The notes beneath the pieces were generated by a model. The model was not told the origin of the DNA, did not search any database, and worked only from the letters and a program-made list of their open reading frames with translations. From the NCBI GenBank assembly GCA_963825525.1, contig CAWGTN010000002.1, positions 544,001 to 608,000 of the forward strand: a stretch of DNA of 64,000 nt, read 5' to 3'. This document shows, piece by piece, positions 39,974-49,494 of the stretch (position 1 is the first letter of the stretch; every line of letters starts with the position of its first letter). The DNA comes from an uncultured Chloroflexia bacterium (GTDB taxonomy: Bacteria > Chloroflexota > Limnocylindria > QHBO01). The translations under genes and the position numbers were made by a program.

Positions 39974-40792
39974 ATGAGCCCCGAGACCCCCTTCCGAGAC
40001 ATCAGCTCGCCTTCCGATCAGCGCCCGAGTCGTCCTGCGCGTCCCGATCGACAGGCCCCGCACCGGCCGGCAGCCGACGAATATCCACTGCTCGTCGCAC
40101 ACGGCGGAGTGCTCACCGTGGAGCATCTCGGCACCGTCGCGTATCGGCCGGCATGGGAGCTCCAGGACGAGCTTGCCGACCAGCGCCGCGGGAGGCGCAT
40201 CGGCGATCGGCTGCTCCTGCTCGAGCACTTCCCGGTGTATACCATCGGCCGAGGGGGTGACCCGTCGAACATGCTCGCCAGCGCCGAGCGGCTTCACGAG
40301 CTGAAGACGGAGCTGATCCGCATCGACCGCGGGGGTGACATCACGTATCACGGGCCGGGACAGCTGGTCGCCTACCCGATCGTCGAACTGAAGGACCCGC
40401 TCGACCTGCGACGCTACGTCCGGATTCTCGAGGCGTCCATCATCGCCACCGCGGCCGCCTTTGGCGTTCGGAGCGACAGGCTGGATGGCTACCCGGGCAT
40501 CTGGGTCGACGGTCAGCGCAAGCTCGCGGCCATCGGGGTACGGGTCAAACGGGGCGTAACGACCCACGGCCTGGCGCTGAACGTGAACACCGACCTGCGC
40601 TGGTTCGACGAGATGATCCCGTGCGGGATCCCCGGCAAGGGCGTCACGTCCCTGGCGCGCGAGCTCGGCGCACCGCAGCCGATGGACAGGGTCGCCGATG
40701 AGCTGGCCCGACAGCTCGCTGCCGGCTTCGGGCTGCGCCCGAGCGAGGGAGCGGACGGCGTCATCGGACCTGCGGGCGTCCGCGAGCAGTGA
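39974..40792 (+). CDS. lipB: Octanoyltransferase
   Basis: LLLLEH.PVYT.GR, DRGG.ITYHGPGQLVAY, K.AAIG, HG.ALNV, PCGI. Confidence 0.96.
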   Translation: MSPETPFRDISSPSDQRPSRPARPDRQAPHRPAADEYPLLVAHGGVLTVEHLGTVAYRPAWELQDELADQRRGRRIGDRLLLLEHFPVYTIGRGGDPSNMLASAERLHELKTELIRIDRGGDITYHGPGQLVAYPIVELKDPLDLRRYVRILEASIIATAAAFGVRSDRLDGYPGIWVDGQRKLAAIGVRVKRGVTTHGLALNVNTDLRWFDEMIPCGIPGKGVTSLARELGAPQPMDRVADELARQLAAGFGLRPSEGADGVIGPAGVREQ

Positions 40793-41490
40793 CCGACGGA
40801 CCGATCATCGAGCGGGCGGGCGTCCCGGCCCAGGATCCCGATCACGGGGTCCGGCTGGAGGTCGGCGTCTTCGGGCCATGGCAGACGAACGCCTACCTGG
40901 TGTGGGACGGACGCTCCGCGGACGCCCTCGTCATCGATCCGGGGATGGGCGCCGCGCAACCGCTCCTCGAACGCGTCGCGGCCATCGGCCTGAATCTGCA
41001 CCTCATCGCCAACTCGCACGGGCACATCGACCACATCTTCGACAATGCACCGCTGATCGACGGCAGCGGCGCGCCGCTCGCCATCCACCCCGACGACGCG
41101 TATCGGCTCGACGGACGCAACGAGTATGGCTTTGAGATCGGAGCAAGTCGCGCGAGTCGCAACTTGGTCGAGGGCGAGCAGATCCGCATCGGCGACCTTG
41201 TGTTCGACGTCCTCCACACCCCCGGCCACACCGAGGGGTCGGTCTGCCTGTACGAGGAGCGGCGCGGCCTCCTCCTGTCCGGAGACGTCCTCTTTGCCGG
41301 CTCGTACGGACGCACCGATCTCCCGGGCGGTGAAGATGCGGCCATGGTCACCTCGCTGCGGCGACTTGCCACCGACCTCCCGGGCCGCGCGCGAGTGCTT
41401 CCCGGCCATGGTCCTGAAACGACGATTGAGCGCGAGCTCCCCTGGATGCGACGCATCGCCGATGCTGGTCGCCTCCTGGCTCCTGGCTGA
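40789..41490 (+). CDS. MBL-fold metallohydrolase (glyoxalase II/YcbL-like)
   Basis: SHGHIDH, HTPGHT.G, SGD.LF.GS.GRTD, PGHG. Confidence 0.9.
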   Translation: MTDGPIIERAGVPAQDPDHGVRLEVGVFGPWQTNAYLVWDGRSADALVIDPGMGAAQPLLERVAAIGLNLHLIANSHGHIDHIFDNAPLIDGSGAPLAIHPDDAYRLDGRNEYGFEIGASRASRNLVEGEQIRIGDLVFDVLHTPGHTEGSVCLYEERRGLLLSGDVLFAGSYGRTDLPGGEDAAMVTSLRRLATDLPGRARVLPGHGPETTIERELPWMRRIADAGRLLAPG

Positions 41491-41508
41491 AACCGAAGGA
41501 GAACACCA

Positions 41509-42219
41509 ATGGCGAACCTGCGCATCACCCGCCTTGGGCACGGCGGCGTGCTCTACCGCTCGCCCGAGGACGCCTGGGTCTGGGTCGACCGCTGGACCGG
41601 GGCACCGAACTACGCCGATGCGTATCGCACCGCGGAGCAGGTCAACGTGGTCGCGCCGACGCACTGTCACTTCGATCACGTTGGGGATGACTGCGTCGAC
41701 CTCGTGGAGCTGGCCAGCGTCGACGGCGCGACGACCCTGGGCTCGCACGAGATGCAGATCTGGCTGGGCGCACGTGGGATCGAGTCGATCGGCATGAACA
41801 AGGGTGGAACCGTCGAGGCCGCCGGCATCCGGTTCACCATGGTCCACGCTGATCACACCGGCGGGGCGACGCTGGGCACCGGCTCGGACCAGGTCACCCG
41901 TGACCTCGGTTGCTGGGGCTGGGTCATCGAGTTCGAGGACGGCACCACCGTCTATCACTCGGGCGACACCGACCTCTTCGGCGACATGGCGCTCATTCGA
42001 CGCCGCCACAATCCGGACGTCGCCGTCCTGCCGATCGGTGGCCACTACACCATGGGCCCGCGCGATGCGGGCATGGCGCTCGAGCTCATCGGCGCCCCAA
42101 CCGTGATCCCCGTCCACTACGGCACGTTCCCCATCCTGGCCGGCACGCCGGAGGAGCTGCGCGAGCACACAGGAGCCGAGGTCGTGGCGCTCGAACCGGG
42201 AGAGACCTGGGGCGACTGA
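41509..42219 (+). CDS. Metal-dependent hydrolase (UPF0173, MBL fold)
   Basis: LGH, THCHFDH, MNKGGT, A.H, YHSGDT.LFGDM, LPIGG.YTMGP, PVHYGTFP. Confidence 0.9.
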   Translation: MANLRITRLGHGGVLYRSPEDAWVWVDRWTGAPNYADAYRTAEQVNVVAPTHCHFDHVGDDCVDLVELASVDGATTLGSHEMQIWLGARGIESIGMNKGGTVEAAGIRFTMVHADHTGGATLGTGSDQVTRDLGCWGWVIEFEDGTTVYHSGDTDLFGDMALIRRRHNPDVAVLPIGGHYTMGPRDAGMALELIGAPTVIPVHYGTFPILAGTPEELREHTGAEVVALEPGETWGD

Positions 42220-42222
42220 CGG

Positions 42223-42636
42223 TCAGATGGCGCGCATCCGGTTGTTGCGCGGGTTGTGCTCGACTTCTGCCAGGCCGAGTGCCTCGAGGAGCGGCGGCAT
42301 GTACATCCCGAACCGGCCGCGGTAGCCCTTTCGCAGGCCGTACCAGCCGCCGACCGGGTTCGAGGAGTCGCGCCCCCACGCCTCTACGCTGCCCTCGGGC
42401 GCGTCCTTCTTCTCGTCCGACGCGCCGAGCGGCACCCAGTCACCCTGCTCCTTGAGCCAGGCATGCAGGTCGTCGATGGCCCGCAGCTGATACGTCAGCT
42501 TCGTGGACCCGACCTGGCACACGATCTGGGGCGGATCGGCCGTCTCGTCGCGGTACATCTCATACGCGCTCGTTCCCGGCGGCGTCGTGAGCTGCCACGG
42601 GTCCTCCTTGGTGCCGCTTCCCTGCGTCGTGCTCAT
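42223..42636 (-). CDS. Conserved hypothetical protein (DUF6855-like)
   Basis: GTKEDPW.L.TPPG...; C-terminal NPVGGWYGLRKGYRGRFGMY.PPLLE; ATGA-coupled to the SRPBCC gene. The DUF label is from recall. Confidence 0.7.
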   Translation of the reverse strand: MSTTQGSGTKEDPWQLTTPPGTSAYEMYRDETADPPQIVCQVGSTKLTYQLRAIDDLHAWLKEQGDWVPLGASDEKKDAPEGSVEAWGRDSSNPVGGWYGLRKGYRGRFGMYMPPLLEALGLAEVEHNPRNNRMRAI

Positions 42637-43067
42637 CCCTGCGGTCCTCCTGCCTCTGCCTGGCGTTTGGTTCCCTCGACGAACTTCGCGAACGATGGGC
42701 CGAGGTCCGGCATCGATCGCCACATCATGCCCAGCAACGGCCCGGTGTACTCCTCGCGGACGGTGAAGTCCGTTCGACCATCCCCGGTCGGAGTGAGCGT
42801 GAAGGTCCGAACGCCACGGAAGAGCCCGAGGGGCATCCCGCCCGACCACTCCATGTGCGTGGCGGGCTTCCAGCCGCTCACCTTGACCGGGAACGTCCGG
42901 TCGGGGTTCGCCTCGGAGACGACCTTGATCGTCTCACCGGGCGCGATGGTGCCCTCGACTCGAACGACTCCGTTCTCCCAGCCCGCGTAGCCCGGAGCAT
43001 CGGTGATGATCGACCAGATGGTCTCGGGATCGGCGCCGATGCTGGCGCGTGCCTCGTAGAACTTCAT
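42633..43067 (-). CDS. SRPBCC family protein
   Basis: I.A.PE.IW..ITD...Y..W START-like motif. Confidence 0.85.
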   Translation of the reverse strand: MKFYEARASIGADPETIWSIITDAPGYAGWENGVVRVEGTIAPGETIKVVSEANPDRTFPVKVSGWKPATHMEWSGGMPLGLFRGVRTFTLTPTGDGRTDFTVREEYTGPLLGMMWRSMPDLGPSFAKFVEGTKRQAEAGGPQG

Positions 43068-43525
43068 TCGTGTCCCTCCGATGTGAACCGATTCGCCTCA
43101 TGCGTGAAATGCGGCAGCAGGCTCCCCCATCCGCCGCGATTGGCGTCCCGCCGTCCCTCGCCGTCCTCGCGGACGCGCTCCCAGCCGCGATGCTCGATCT
43201 CGACGCGGGTCATCGTCTCGCCAGCCTCCACGAACCGGATCTCGACCTCCGTGGCGTCCATCGGATCGGCCTTCAGGTGCCAGAGGTACGCGAGGCGGTG
43301 CGGCGGCTCCCAGGCCAGGATCCTTCCCCAGTCGTGCTCCTCGCCGGCTGACGTCCGCTCATAGATCCGGCCGCCAACCCGCCCCTCGAACAGCACCGCC
43401 AGCCCGGCCGCGCCGCTGACCGTGTGCGAGCCCGGCCACCACGTCGACGTCCGCTCGGTCCAGGTCGCAAAGGCATGCGCTGGGGGGCATCGGACCTCGA
43501 AGCTGAGGCGAATCGGCTCGATCAT
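43064..43525 (-). CDS. SRPBCC/AHSA1 family protein
   Basis: AF..WT....WWP, GGRIYE, WGRIL.WEPP.RL...W, TEVE.RF, EH.GW. Confidence 0.87.
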   Translation of the reverse strand: MIEPIRLSFEVRCPPAHAFATWTERTSTWWPGSHTVSGAAGLAVLFEGRVGGRIYERTSAGEEHDWGRILAWEPPHRLAYLWHLKADPMDATEVEIRFVEAGETMTRVEIEHRGWERVREDGEGRRDANRGGWGSLLPHFTHEANRFTSEGHE

Positions 43526-43845
43526 CGCCGCTCTCGCGTGTTCTCGGCGGTGATCCGAAACCGAGCGCTGGCCTCTCCCCATACGCGCTCGAGATAGGCA
43601 CGAGCGTCCGCGACGCCCATGTCGTCGAGCCGATACAGCCGCCGCGCCCCGTCCCGCTGCTCGGACACAAGCCCTGCCTCGCGCAACACGCGAAGATGCT
43701 GCGAGACGGCGGGGCGGCTCACCGGAAGATCGTCGGAGATCTCGCGCACCGAGCGCGGGCCGGGCTTGAGCAGCTCGACGATCGCGCGGCGCGTCGGATC
43801 GCCGAGGGCGGTGAACGGATCGCGGGGTGCCGAAGCAGCTTTCAC
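43522..43845 (-). CDS. ArsR/SmtB family transcriptional regulator
   Basis: F.ALGDPTRR.I..LL, SRPAVSQHL.VLREAGLV...G..R.Y; GTG start at 43845, 7 nt after -10 TACCGT. Confidence 0.92.
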   Translation of the reverse strand: MKAASAPRDPFTALGDPTRRAIVELLKPGPRSVREISDDLPVSRPAVSQHLRVLREAGLVSEQRDGARRLYRLDDMGVADARAYLERVWGEASARFRITAENTRERR

Positions 43846-43855
43846 GGCTCCAACG

Positions 43856-43888
43856 GTAAGCGATTGCTTACGGTAAGGCAACCCTTAC
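43856..43888. promoter_or_regulatory. Tandem palindromic operator, 2x GTAAG-N6-CTTAC (putative ArsR autoregulatory site)
   Basis: GTAAGcgattgCTTAC (43856-43871) and GTAAGgcaaccCTTAC (43873-43888), overlapping the -10 of the arsR gene. Confidence 0.78.
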
Positions 43889-43891
43889 GGC

Positions 43892-44776
43892 TCAGCCCAG
43901 GTAGGAGAGGTCCATCGGCCGCGGCGTGACACCGAAGGCGCGCTCGAACGCGTCGGGCTCGGTGTAGTTCGGCCGCTGCAGCGAGCTGATCTGGTCGTGG
44001 CTGACCGGGAAGATCGGCAGTACCTTGTCGGTCACCGCGGTGAGGGCGCTGATGAGCGGGATCGGCATGCCCAGCTTCAAGCGCCTCATGCCGGTGGTCC
44101 GGCTCACCGCGTCCACGATCTCGCGATACGTCACCCATTCCGGGCCACCGAGCTCGTACACCGACTTCGAGCGACCCGCGTCGGTCACGCTCTGCTCGAT
44201 GCCGACCGCCAGATCATCGACCGACAGCGGCTGAAACCGTGCGTCGCCCTTGCCCGGGATGACAACGACCCCGGGCGACCACCACTTCAGCGTCGTCTTC
44301 ACCAGGTTGAAGAACCCGTCACCCTTCCCGAAGAGGAGCGAGGGACGCAGGACGACCCAGTCGAGCGAGCTGTCACGAACCGCCTGCTCGCCGAGCCACT
44401 TCGAGTACAGGTAGCCGAGCTTCGGTTCGTCGGTGACGCCCATGGCCGATAGATGGACGAAGCGCTTGACGCCCGCGCGCTCCGCTGCCTCGACGGCCCG
44501 CCGAGTGCCGTCCACGTTGATCTTCCCGAAGCTCTTGCCGCGGCTCTCGCGCGCGATGGCGACCAGGTGCACGACCGCATCGGCACCCTGGATCGCCGCG
44601 TCGAGGTTCTGCGCGGTCACGTCGCCGGCCCGGGCATCGACGCCATCGGTCCACTCCGGCAACCGTCGCCCGTCGCGCGAGACCGCGATGACGCGGTGGC
44701 CCGCCTTCACCAGGTGCGGAACGAGATGGCTGCCGACGAACCCGGTCGCGCCGATCACGGCAATGGTGCTGCTCAT
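43892..44776 (-). CDS. NAD(P)-binding atypical SDR / NDUFA9-like epimerase-family protein
   Basis: GATGFVG Rossmann motif, Y..SK..GE, LRPS..FG, QP..VDD, YELGGP. Confidence 0.88.
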   Translation of the reverse strand: MSSTIAVIGATGFVGSHLVPHLVKAGHRVIAVSRDGRRLPEWTDGVDARAGDVTAQNLDAAIQGADAVVHLVAIARESRGKSFGKINVDGTRRAVEAAERAGVKRFVHLSAMGVTDEPKLGYLYSKWLGEQAVRDSSLDWVVLRPSLLFGKGDGFFNLVKTTLKWWSPGVVVIPGKGDARFQPLSVDDLAVGIEQSVTDAGRSKSVYELGGPEWVTYREIVDAVSRTTGMRRLKLGMPIPLISALTAVTDKVLPIFPVSHDQISSLQRPNYTEPDAFERAFGVTPRPMDLSYLG

Positions 44777-44855
44777 GGCTTCCAGTATCCTCTTGGTTCT
44801 TGCTACTGTCCAGTCGCACGTTTTCGGCTCTTCGGAGTCTGGTACGGTCGCAGCC

Positions 44856-46431
44856 ATGGCCTCCATCACGTCGCCGAATGGCATGGTTGCTACTCCCCAT
44901 CCCCTCGCCACGGCCGCTGGCGTCGAAGCCCTGCAGACGGGCGGCACGGCCATGGACGCAGCCGTGGCGGCCAATGCGATGCTGGCCGTGGTCTACGCCA
45001 ACGCCTGCGGTCTTGGCGGCGACGCGTTCGCGCTGATCTGGGACGCTGGCGAGGGCCAGCTTCACGGCTTCAACGGCAGCGGCCGCTCCCCCGCCGGCCT
45101 GAGCATCGGGGCGGTTCGCGATGCCGGCCACGGTGCCATGCCGGCCAGGGGTCCGTTGACCATCACCGTCCCGGGCGCGGTGGACGCCTGGGCACAGCTG
45201 CTCGAGCGCTTCGGGCGCCTCACCCTGGCCGATGCCGTTCTGCCCGCGGCCCGCACCGCCGACGGGGGCTATCCACTCACGCGGATCACGGCCCGATCGA
45301 TCGCGAGCGGGCTGCCGACCTTCGACGCGGAAGCGCGGGCGGTGTTCGAGCACGCCGGGAGTGCCGGTGACCGCTTCCGCCAGCCGCTGCTGGCTGCGTC
45401 GCTGCGCGCGATCGCCGATGGTGGCCGGGAGGCCTACTACGGTGGCCCTATCGGCGAGGAGATCGCGCGCTCCATCCACGATGCCGGCGGCGTGATGACG
45501 GCCGAGGACATCGCGGCGCACCACGGCGAATGGGTCGACCCGATCTCCACGACCTACCACGGCGTCGAGGTGGCCACGCTTCCGCCCAACTCGCAGGGCA
45601 TCGCGGCGCTGATGGCACTGAACATCCTGCAGACCCTCGATTGGCCAGACCGGTGCGCCGATGAGTGCCGATCGGCTTCACGCGCAGGTCGAGGCGCTCA
45701 AGGTGGCCTGGAGCGAGCGCGACCGATGCGTCGCCGACCCGGATCGCGGCCACGCCGATGTCGACCAGCTCCTGTCAGCCGAGCACACCGGGTGGCTCGC
45801 GTCGCGCCTGTCGCCCGATCGGGCTCAGCGCTTCGTGCCCACCAACCGCCCTGGCGGCGGTACGGTCTACCTGTGTGCCGCCGATGCCGACGGCATGATG
45901 GTCAGCCTGATCGAGTCGAACTACATGGGCTTCGGCTCGGGGATCATGGGCGGGTCGACGGGGATCATGCTCCACAACCGCGGTGCGTCCTTCACGCTGG
46001 ATGCCTCCCACCCGAACGCGCTGGCGCCGAGCTCGCGGCCGCTCCACACCCTGATGCCCGGCATGTTGCTGCGCAACGGCGTCGCCGAGGTCGCGCTGGG
46101 CTCGATGGGCGGCGACGCTCAGCCGCACATCATGGTCCAGCTTGTCACGGGGCTGGTGGACGACGGTTTGGATCCGCAGTCGGCCGTCGACCGGCCGCGT
46201 TTCGTGCTCGAGACCGAGGCGGCACAGCAACCGCTGGGACCAGTCCGCATCGAGGCCGATGGCGTGGACGAGCCAACCATTGCGCAGCTGGAGGCCCGCG
46301 GCCACGAGGTATCCACGGTCGAGGCCCGGACGCCGCTCACGGGCTGGTCGCAGGTCATCCGCCGCCGCCCGGACGGCTCCTACGAAGGCGGCGCGGACCC
46401 CCGGGCCGACTCGCTCGCCGCCGGCGTATGA
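44856..46431 (+). pseudogene. ggt: Gamma-glutamyltransferase family protein, +1 frameshift near 45645 (probably a sequence error)
   Basis: GG.A.DAAVA, GLGGD.F, NGSGR, TVPG.V..W, PPNSQG in the first frame; GTVYL (nucleophile Thr), S.Y.GFGSG, NRG, HTL.P, MGG..Q, ADPR in frame 45661..46431. Confidence 0.88.
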
Positions 46432-46476
46432 CCCCGGCGCATGGCGCAATGGACCCTGTCCGAGAGCCGCGCATCT

Positions 46477-46607
46477 GCCAAATTCATACGGGGTGCTCAC
46501 AACCTATCCCGATCCCCCCAGATCCAGCCAACCTGCAGGGCGAGAGCCGCAAACGGCAAAGACTCGCGGGTTTTCAGACGTTCGTGCGGCGGTGGTATGA
46601 ATTTGGC
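46477..46607. repeat. 131-bp intergenic inverted-repeat element, family B, copy 2
   Basis: Perfect 13-bp terminal IR GCCAAATTCATAC...GTATGAATTTGGC; same length as 39834-39964. Confidence 0.72.
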
Positions 46608-46699
46608 GAGAACGGTGCGAGCGCCGGCCAGCGCGCGACATCCGGCCGATGCGCGCCGATGAGTTTCGATGACAGGATCGGTCTAGAATGCAGAACTCC

Positions 46700-47635
46700 A
46701 TGACGACCTCCGAATCACTTGTCCATGCCCGCGGCCTGACCAAGCGCTACGCGAACGGCTTCACCGCCGTCGATGGCGTCGACTTCGACGTGCGCCCCGG
46801 CAAGGCGTTCGGCTTCCTCGGCCCGAACGGTGCCGGCAAGACGAGCACCATGCGGATGATCGCCTGCTCCTCGCCGGTGAGCGACGGGACGTTGAGCGTG
46901 ATCGGCATGGATCCGCGCACCCAGGCCCGCGAGATCAAGGCGCGGCTGGGCGTCGTGCCGCAGATCGACAACCTCGACACCGAGCTGACGGTCCGCGAGA
47001 ACCTCGAGATGTACGCGCGCTACTTCGACATTCCGCGCGCCGTTGCCGACAAGCGGACGAAGGAGCTCCTGGAGTTCGTCCAGCTCGACGAGCGAGCCAC
47101 GGACCAGGTCGAGCCACTGTCCGGCGGCATGAAGCGCCGCCTGACCATCGCACGTGCCCTCATCAACGAGCCGGACCTCGTGATCCTGGACGAGCCGACG
47201 ACGGGCCTCGACCCGCAGGCCCGCCACCTCCTCTGGGAGCGCCTCTACCAGCTCAAGCGCCGCGGGGCGACGCTCATCATCACCACGCACTACATGGACG
47301 AGGCGGAGCAGCTGTGCGATCACCTCGTCGTCATGGACAAGGCGAAGATCGTGGCCGAGGGATCGCCGCGTCAGCTCATCGACCAGCACTCCACCAAGGA
47401 GGTGCTCGAGCTGCGATTCACCGATGCCACGCGTGAGGGCCTCAACGGCCAGCTCGACGGCCTCGCCGACCGGATCGAGGAGCTGCCGGACCGGCACCTG
47501 CTCTACACCGAGAACGGCGAGCGGACGCTCGAGCTGGTGAACGAGCGTCAGATTCCCATCGAGAGCGCGCTCGTGCGCCGATCGAGCATGGAGGACGTCT
47601 TCCTGCGCCTGACCGGCCGCTCGCTGGTCGAATAG
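46700..47635 (+). CDS. ABC-2 type exporter ATP-binding subunit (NodI/DrrA-like)
   Basis: GPNGAGKT, LSGGMKRRL, ILDEPTTGLD, TTHYM.EAE. Confidence 0.93.
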   Translation: MTTSESLVHARGLTKRYANGFTAVDGVDFDVRPGKAFGFLGPNGAGKTSTMRMIACSSPVSDGTLSVIGMDPRTQAREIKARLGVVPQIDNLDTELTVRENLEMYARYFDIPRAVADKRTKELLEFVQLDERATDQVEPLSGGMKRRLTIARALINEPDLVILDEPTTGLDPQARHLLWERLYQLKRRGATLIITTHYMDEAEQLCDHLVVMDKAKIVAEGSPRQLIDQHSTKEVLELRFTDATREGLNGQLDGLADRIEELPDRHLLYTENGERTLELVNERQIPIESALVRRSSMEDVFLRLTGRSLVE

Positions 47636-47642
47636 GCACCCC

Positions 47643-48422
47643 ATGACCGTTCTCGTCGCGTCGGGCCGCGTCTGGCAGCGCAACTGGCTCGTCTACCGGC
47701 GTCTCTGGCATCGGAGCCTGGCCTTCGGATTCCTCCAGCCGGTGCTGTTCCTGACCGCCATGGGGCTCGGGATCGGCTCGCTGCTGGGGACCAATGACCT
47801 GGCGGCCTTCGGCGGCGTCCCATACATCCACTGGCTCGGGCCGGGCCTGCTGGCGGCCATGGCCATGCAGACCTCCACCTTCGAGTCCACCTACCCGATC
47901 ATGGGCAAGATCATGTGGGGCCGGAACTACGAGGCGATGCTTGCTACGCCCCTCGGTGTGCGGAGCATCGTCTTCGGTGAGCTGGCGTGGAGCGCCTTCC
48001 GCATCGGCACCCTGGCGGCCGTCTTCCTGGTCGTCCTGACCCTGTTCGGGATCGTCCGCACCCCGCTGGCGATCCTCGCCATTCCGGTCGCGACCCTGGT
48101 CGGGGTGGCCTTCAGCTCGTGTCTCATCGCCTTCACCGCAACCCAGAAGAACGACGTGGGCTTCAGCGCCATCTTCCGCTTCGTGATCAACCCGCTGTTC
48201 CTGCTCAGTGGCACGTTCTTCCCGTTGAGCAACCTGCCCGAGCCCGCCCAATGGATCGCCTGGCTCACACCGCTGTACCACGGTGTCCAGCTCATCCGCG
48301 GCTCGATCCTCGACCAGCTGGATCCCGTGACCGCCCCGCTACATATGGCGTATCTGCTGGCGATGTTCGCGATCGGCGCCTACCTCGCCGACCGCAACCT
48401 CACGAAGCGGATGGCGGGCTGA
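47643..48422 (+). CDS. ABC-2 type permease (NodJ-like)
   Basis: Six TM helices, Y..ML.TPL, SGTFFP, PLYH motifs. Confidence 0.9.
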   Translation: MTVLVASGRVWQRNWLVYRRLWHRSLAFGFLQPVLFLTAMGLGIGSLLGTNDLAAFGGVPYIHWLGPGLLAAMAMQTSTFESTYPIMGKIMWGRNYEAMLATPLGVRSIVFGELAWSAFRIGTLAAVFLVVLTLFGIVRTPLAILAIPVATLVGVAFSSCLIAFTATQKNDVGFSAIFRFVINPLFLLSGTFFPLSNLPEPAQWIAWLTPLYHGVQLIRGSILDQLDPVTAPLHMAYLLAMFAIGAYLADRNLTKRMAG

Positions 48423-49246
48423 TGACGGCGATCACGCAACCCGCACACGCCGGTTCGCTGGCCAATGCCTGGAGCCGGATCTGGCGTGCCCGCCGCCTGG
48501 TCGAGCGCAACATCATGGTCTACCGCCACCAGTGGATCATCATCTTCTCCGGCGTCTTCGAGCCGATCTTCTACCTCGTCGGCATCGGCCTGGGGCTTGG
48601 CGCGATCATTCGCGAGGTGCCGCTGGCGAACGGCGAGGTGGTCGCATACGCGGCCTTCGTTGCACCGGCGCTGGTGGCGACCGCCGCCATGAACGGGGCG
48701 GTGTTCGAGACGATCTTCAACGTCTTCTTCAAGCTCAACTACGCGAAGACGTACGACGGTGTGCTTGCCACGCCGATGGGAATCACGGAGATCGCGATCG
48801 GCGAGATGCTGTGGGCGCTCATGCGGGCCGCGCTCTACGCGGTGGCCATGTTCGTGATCATGCTGTTCATGGGCCTGATCCTGTCGCCACTGGGCATCCT
48901 CATGATCCCCGCCGCGCTGCTGGTGGCCGCGGCCTTCGCTGCCGCCGGCCTGGCGGGTACCTCGTTCCTTCGCACCGTGAACGACTTCGACGTGCCGATG
49001 GGGCTGATCGTGATGCCGATGTTCCTGTTCAGCGGCACGTTCTTCCCAATCGAGGCCGCGCTGCCGGGATGGCTGGTCACCATCATCCAGTTCACGCCGC
49101 TCTACCACGGCATCAACCTCATCCGCGGCCTCTCGACCGGGATCGTGGGTCTGGGGCAGGTCTGGGATCTCCTCTACCTCGTGGCGTTCTTCGCACTCGG
49201 CATGTGGATCGCGATCCACCAGATGGAGCGCAAGCTCATCAAGTAG
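48422..49246 (+). CDS. ABC-2 type permease (second subunit)
   Basis: Start MTAITQP at 48422; FEP.FYL, YD..LATP, FSGTFFP, PLYH. Confidence 0.9.
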   Translation: MTAITQPAHAGSLANAWSRIWRARRLVERNIMVYRHQWIIIFSGVFEPIFYLVGIGLGLGAIIREVPLANGEVVAYAAFVAPALVATAAMNGAVFETIFNVFFKLNYAKTYDGVLATPMGITEIAIGEMLWALMRAALYAVAMFVIMLFMGLILSPLGILMIPAALLVAAAFAAAGLAGTSFLRTVNDFDVPMGLIVMPMFLFSGTFFPIEAALPGWLVTIIQFTPLYHGINLIRGLSTGIVGLGQVWDLLYLVAFFALGMWIAIHQMERKLIK

Positions 49247-49294
49247 CGTGGGGTGCCGCGCGGACGGCGGCTCTACGCCTGCCGAACGCCTTCC

Positions 49295-49418
49295 CGCCAA
49301 CTGCACGCCTGGTTCGCATTAGCCGGCCGGTGAGGGACGCATCGGCTTCGGCCGAGCGTGAATCAGGCCCTGCTCCGCATCCGCGGCCCGCTAATGCGAA
49401 CCAGGACGGCGGTTGTCC
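49295..49418. repeat. ~125-bp inverted-repeat (REP/MITE-like) element, family A
   Basis: Arms CAACTGCACGCCTGGTTCGCATTAGC (49298-49323) and GCTAATGCGAACCAGGACGGCGGTTGTC (49390-49417); homologous to 63698-63822. Confidence 0.8.
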
Positions 49419-49494
49419 AAACGCAGCCGCCGATCCTGACAACCGCCCGGCTGACGCGCATATGACGAGATCGGCTGCGGCGAGGATGGGCCGG

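Noticed and set aside
45640-45670. Naturally split ggt encoding large and small subunits separately
   Set aside because: The break lies ~70 codons before the autoprocessing Thr (GTVYL), not at the subunit boundary; a one-base error is simpler.
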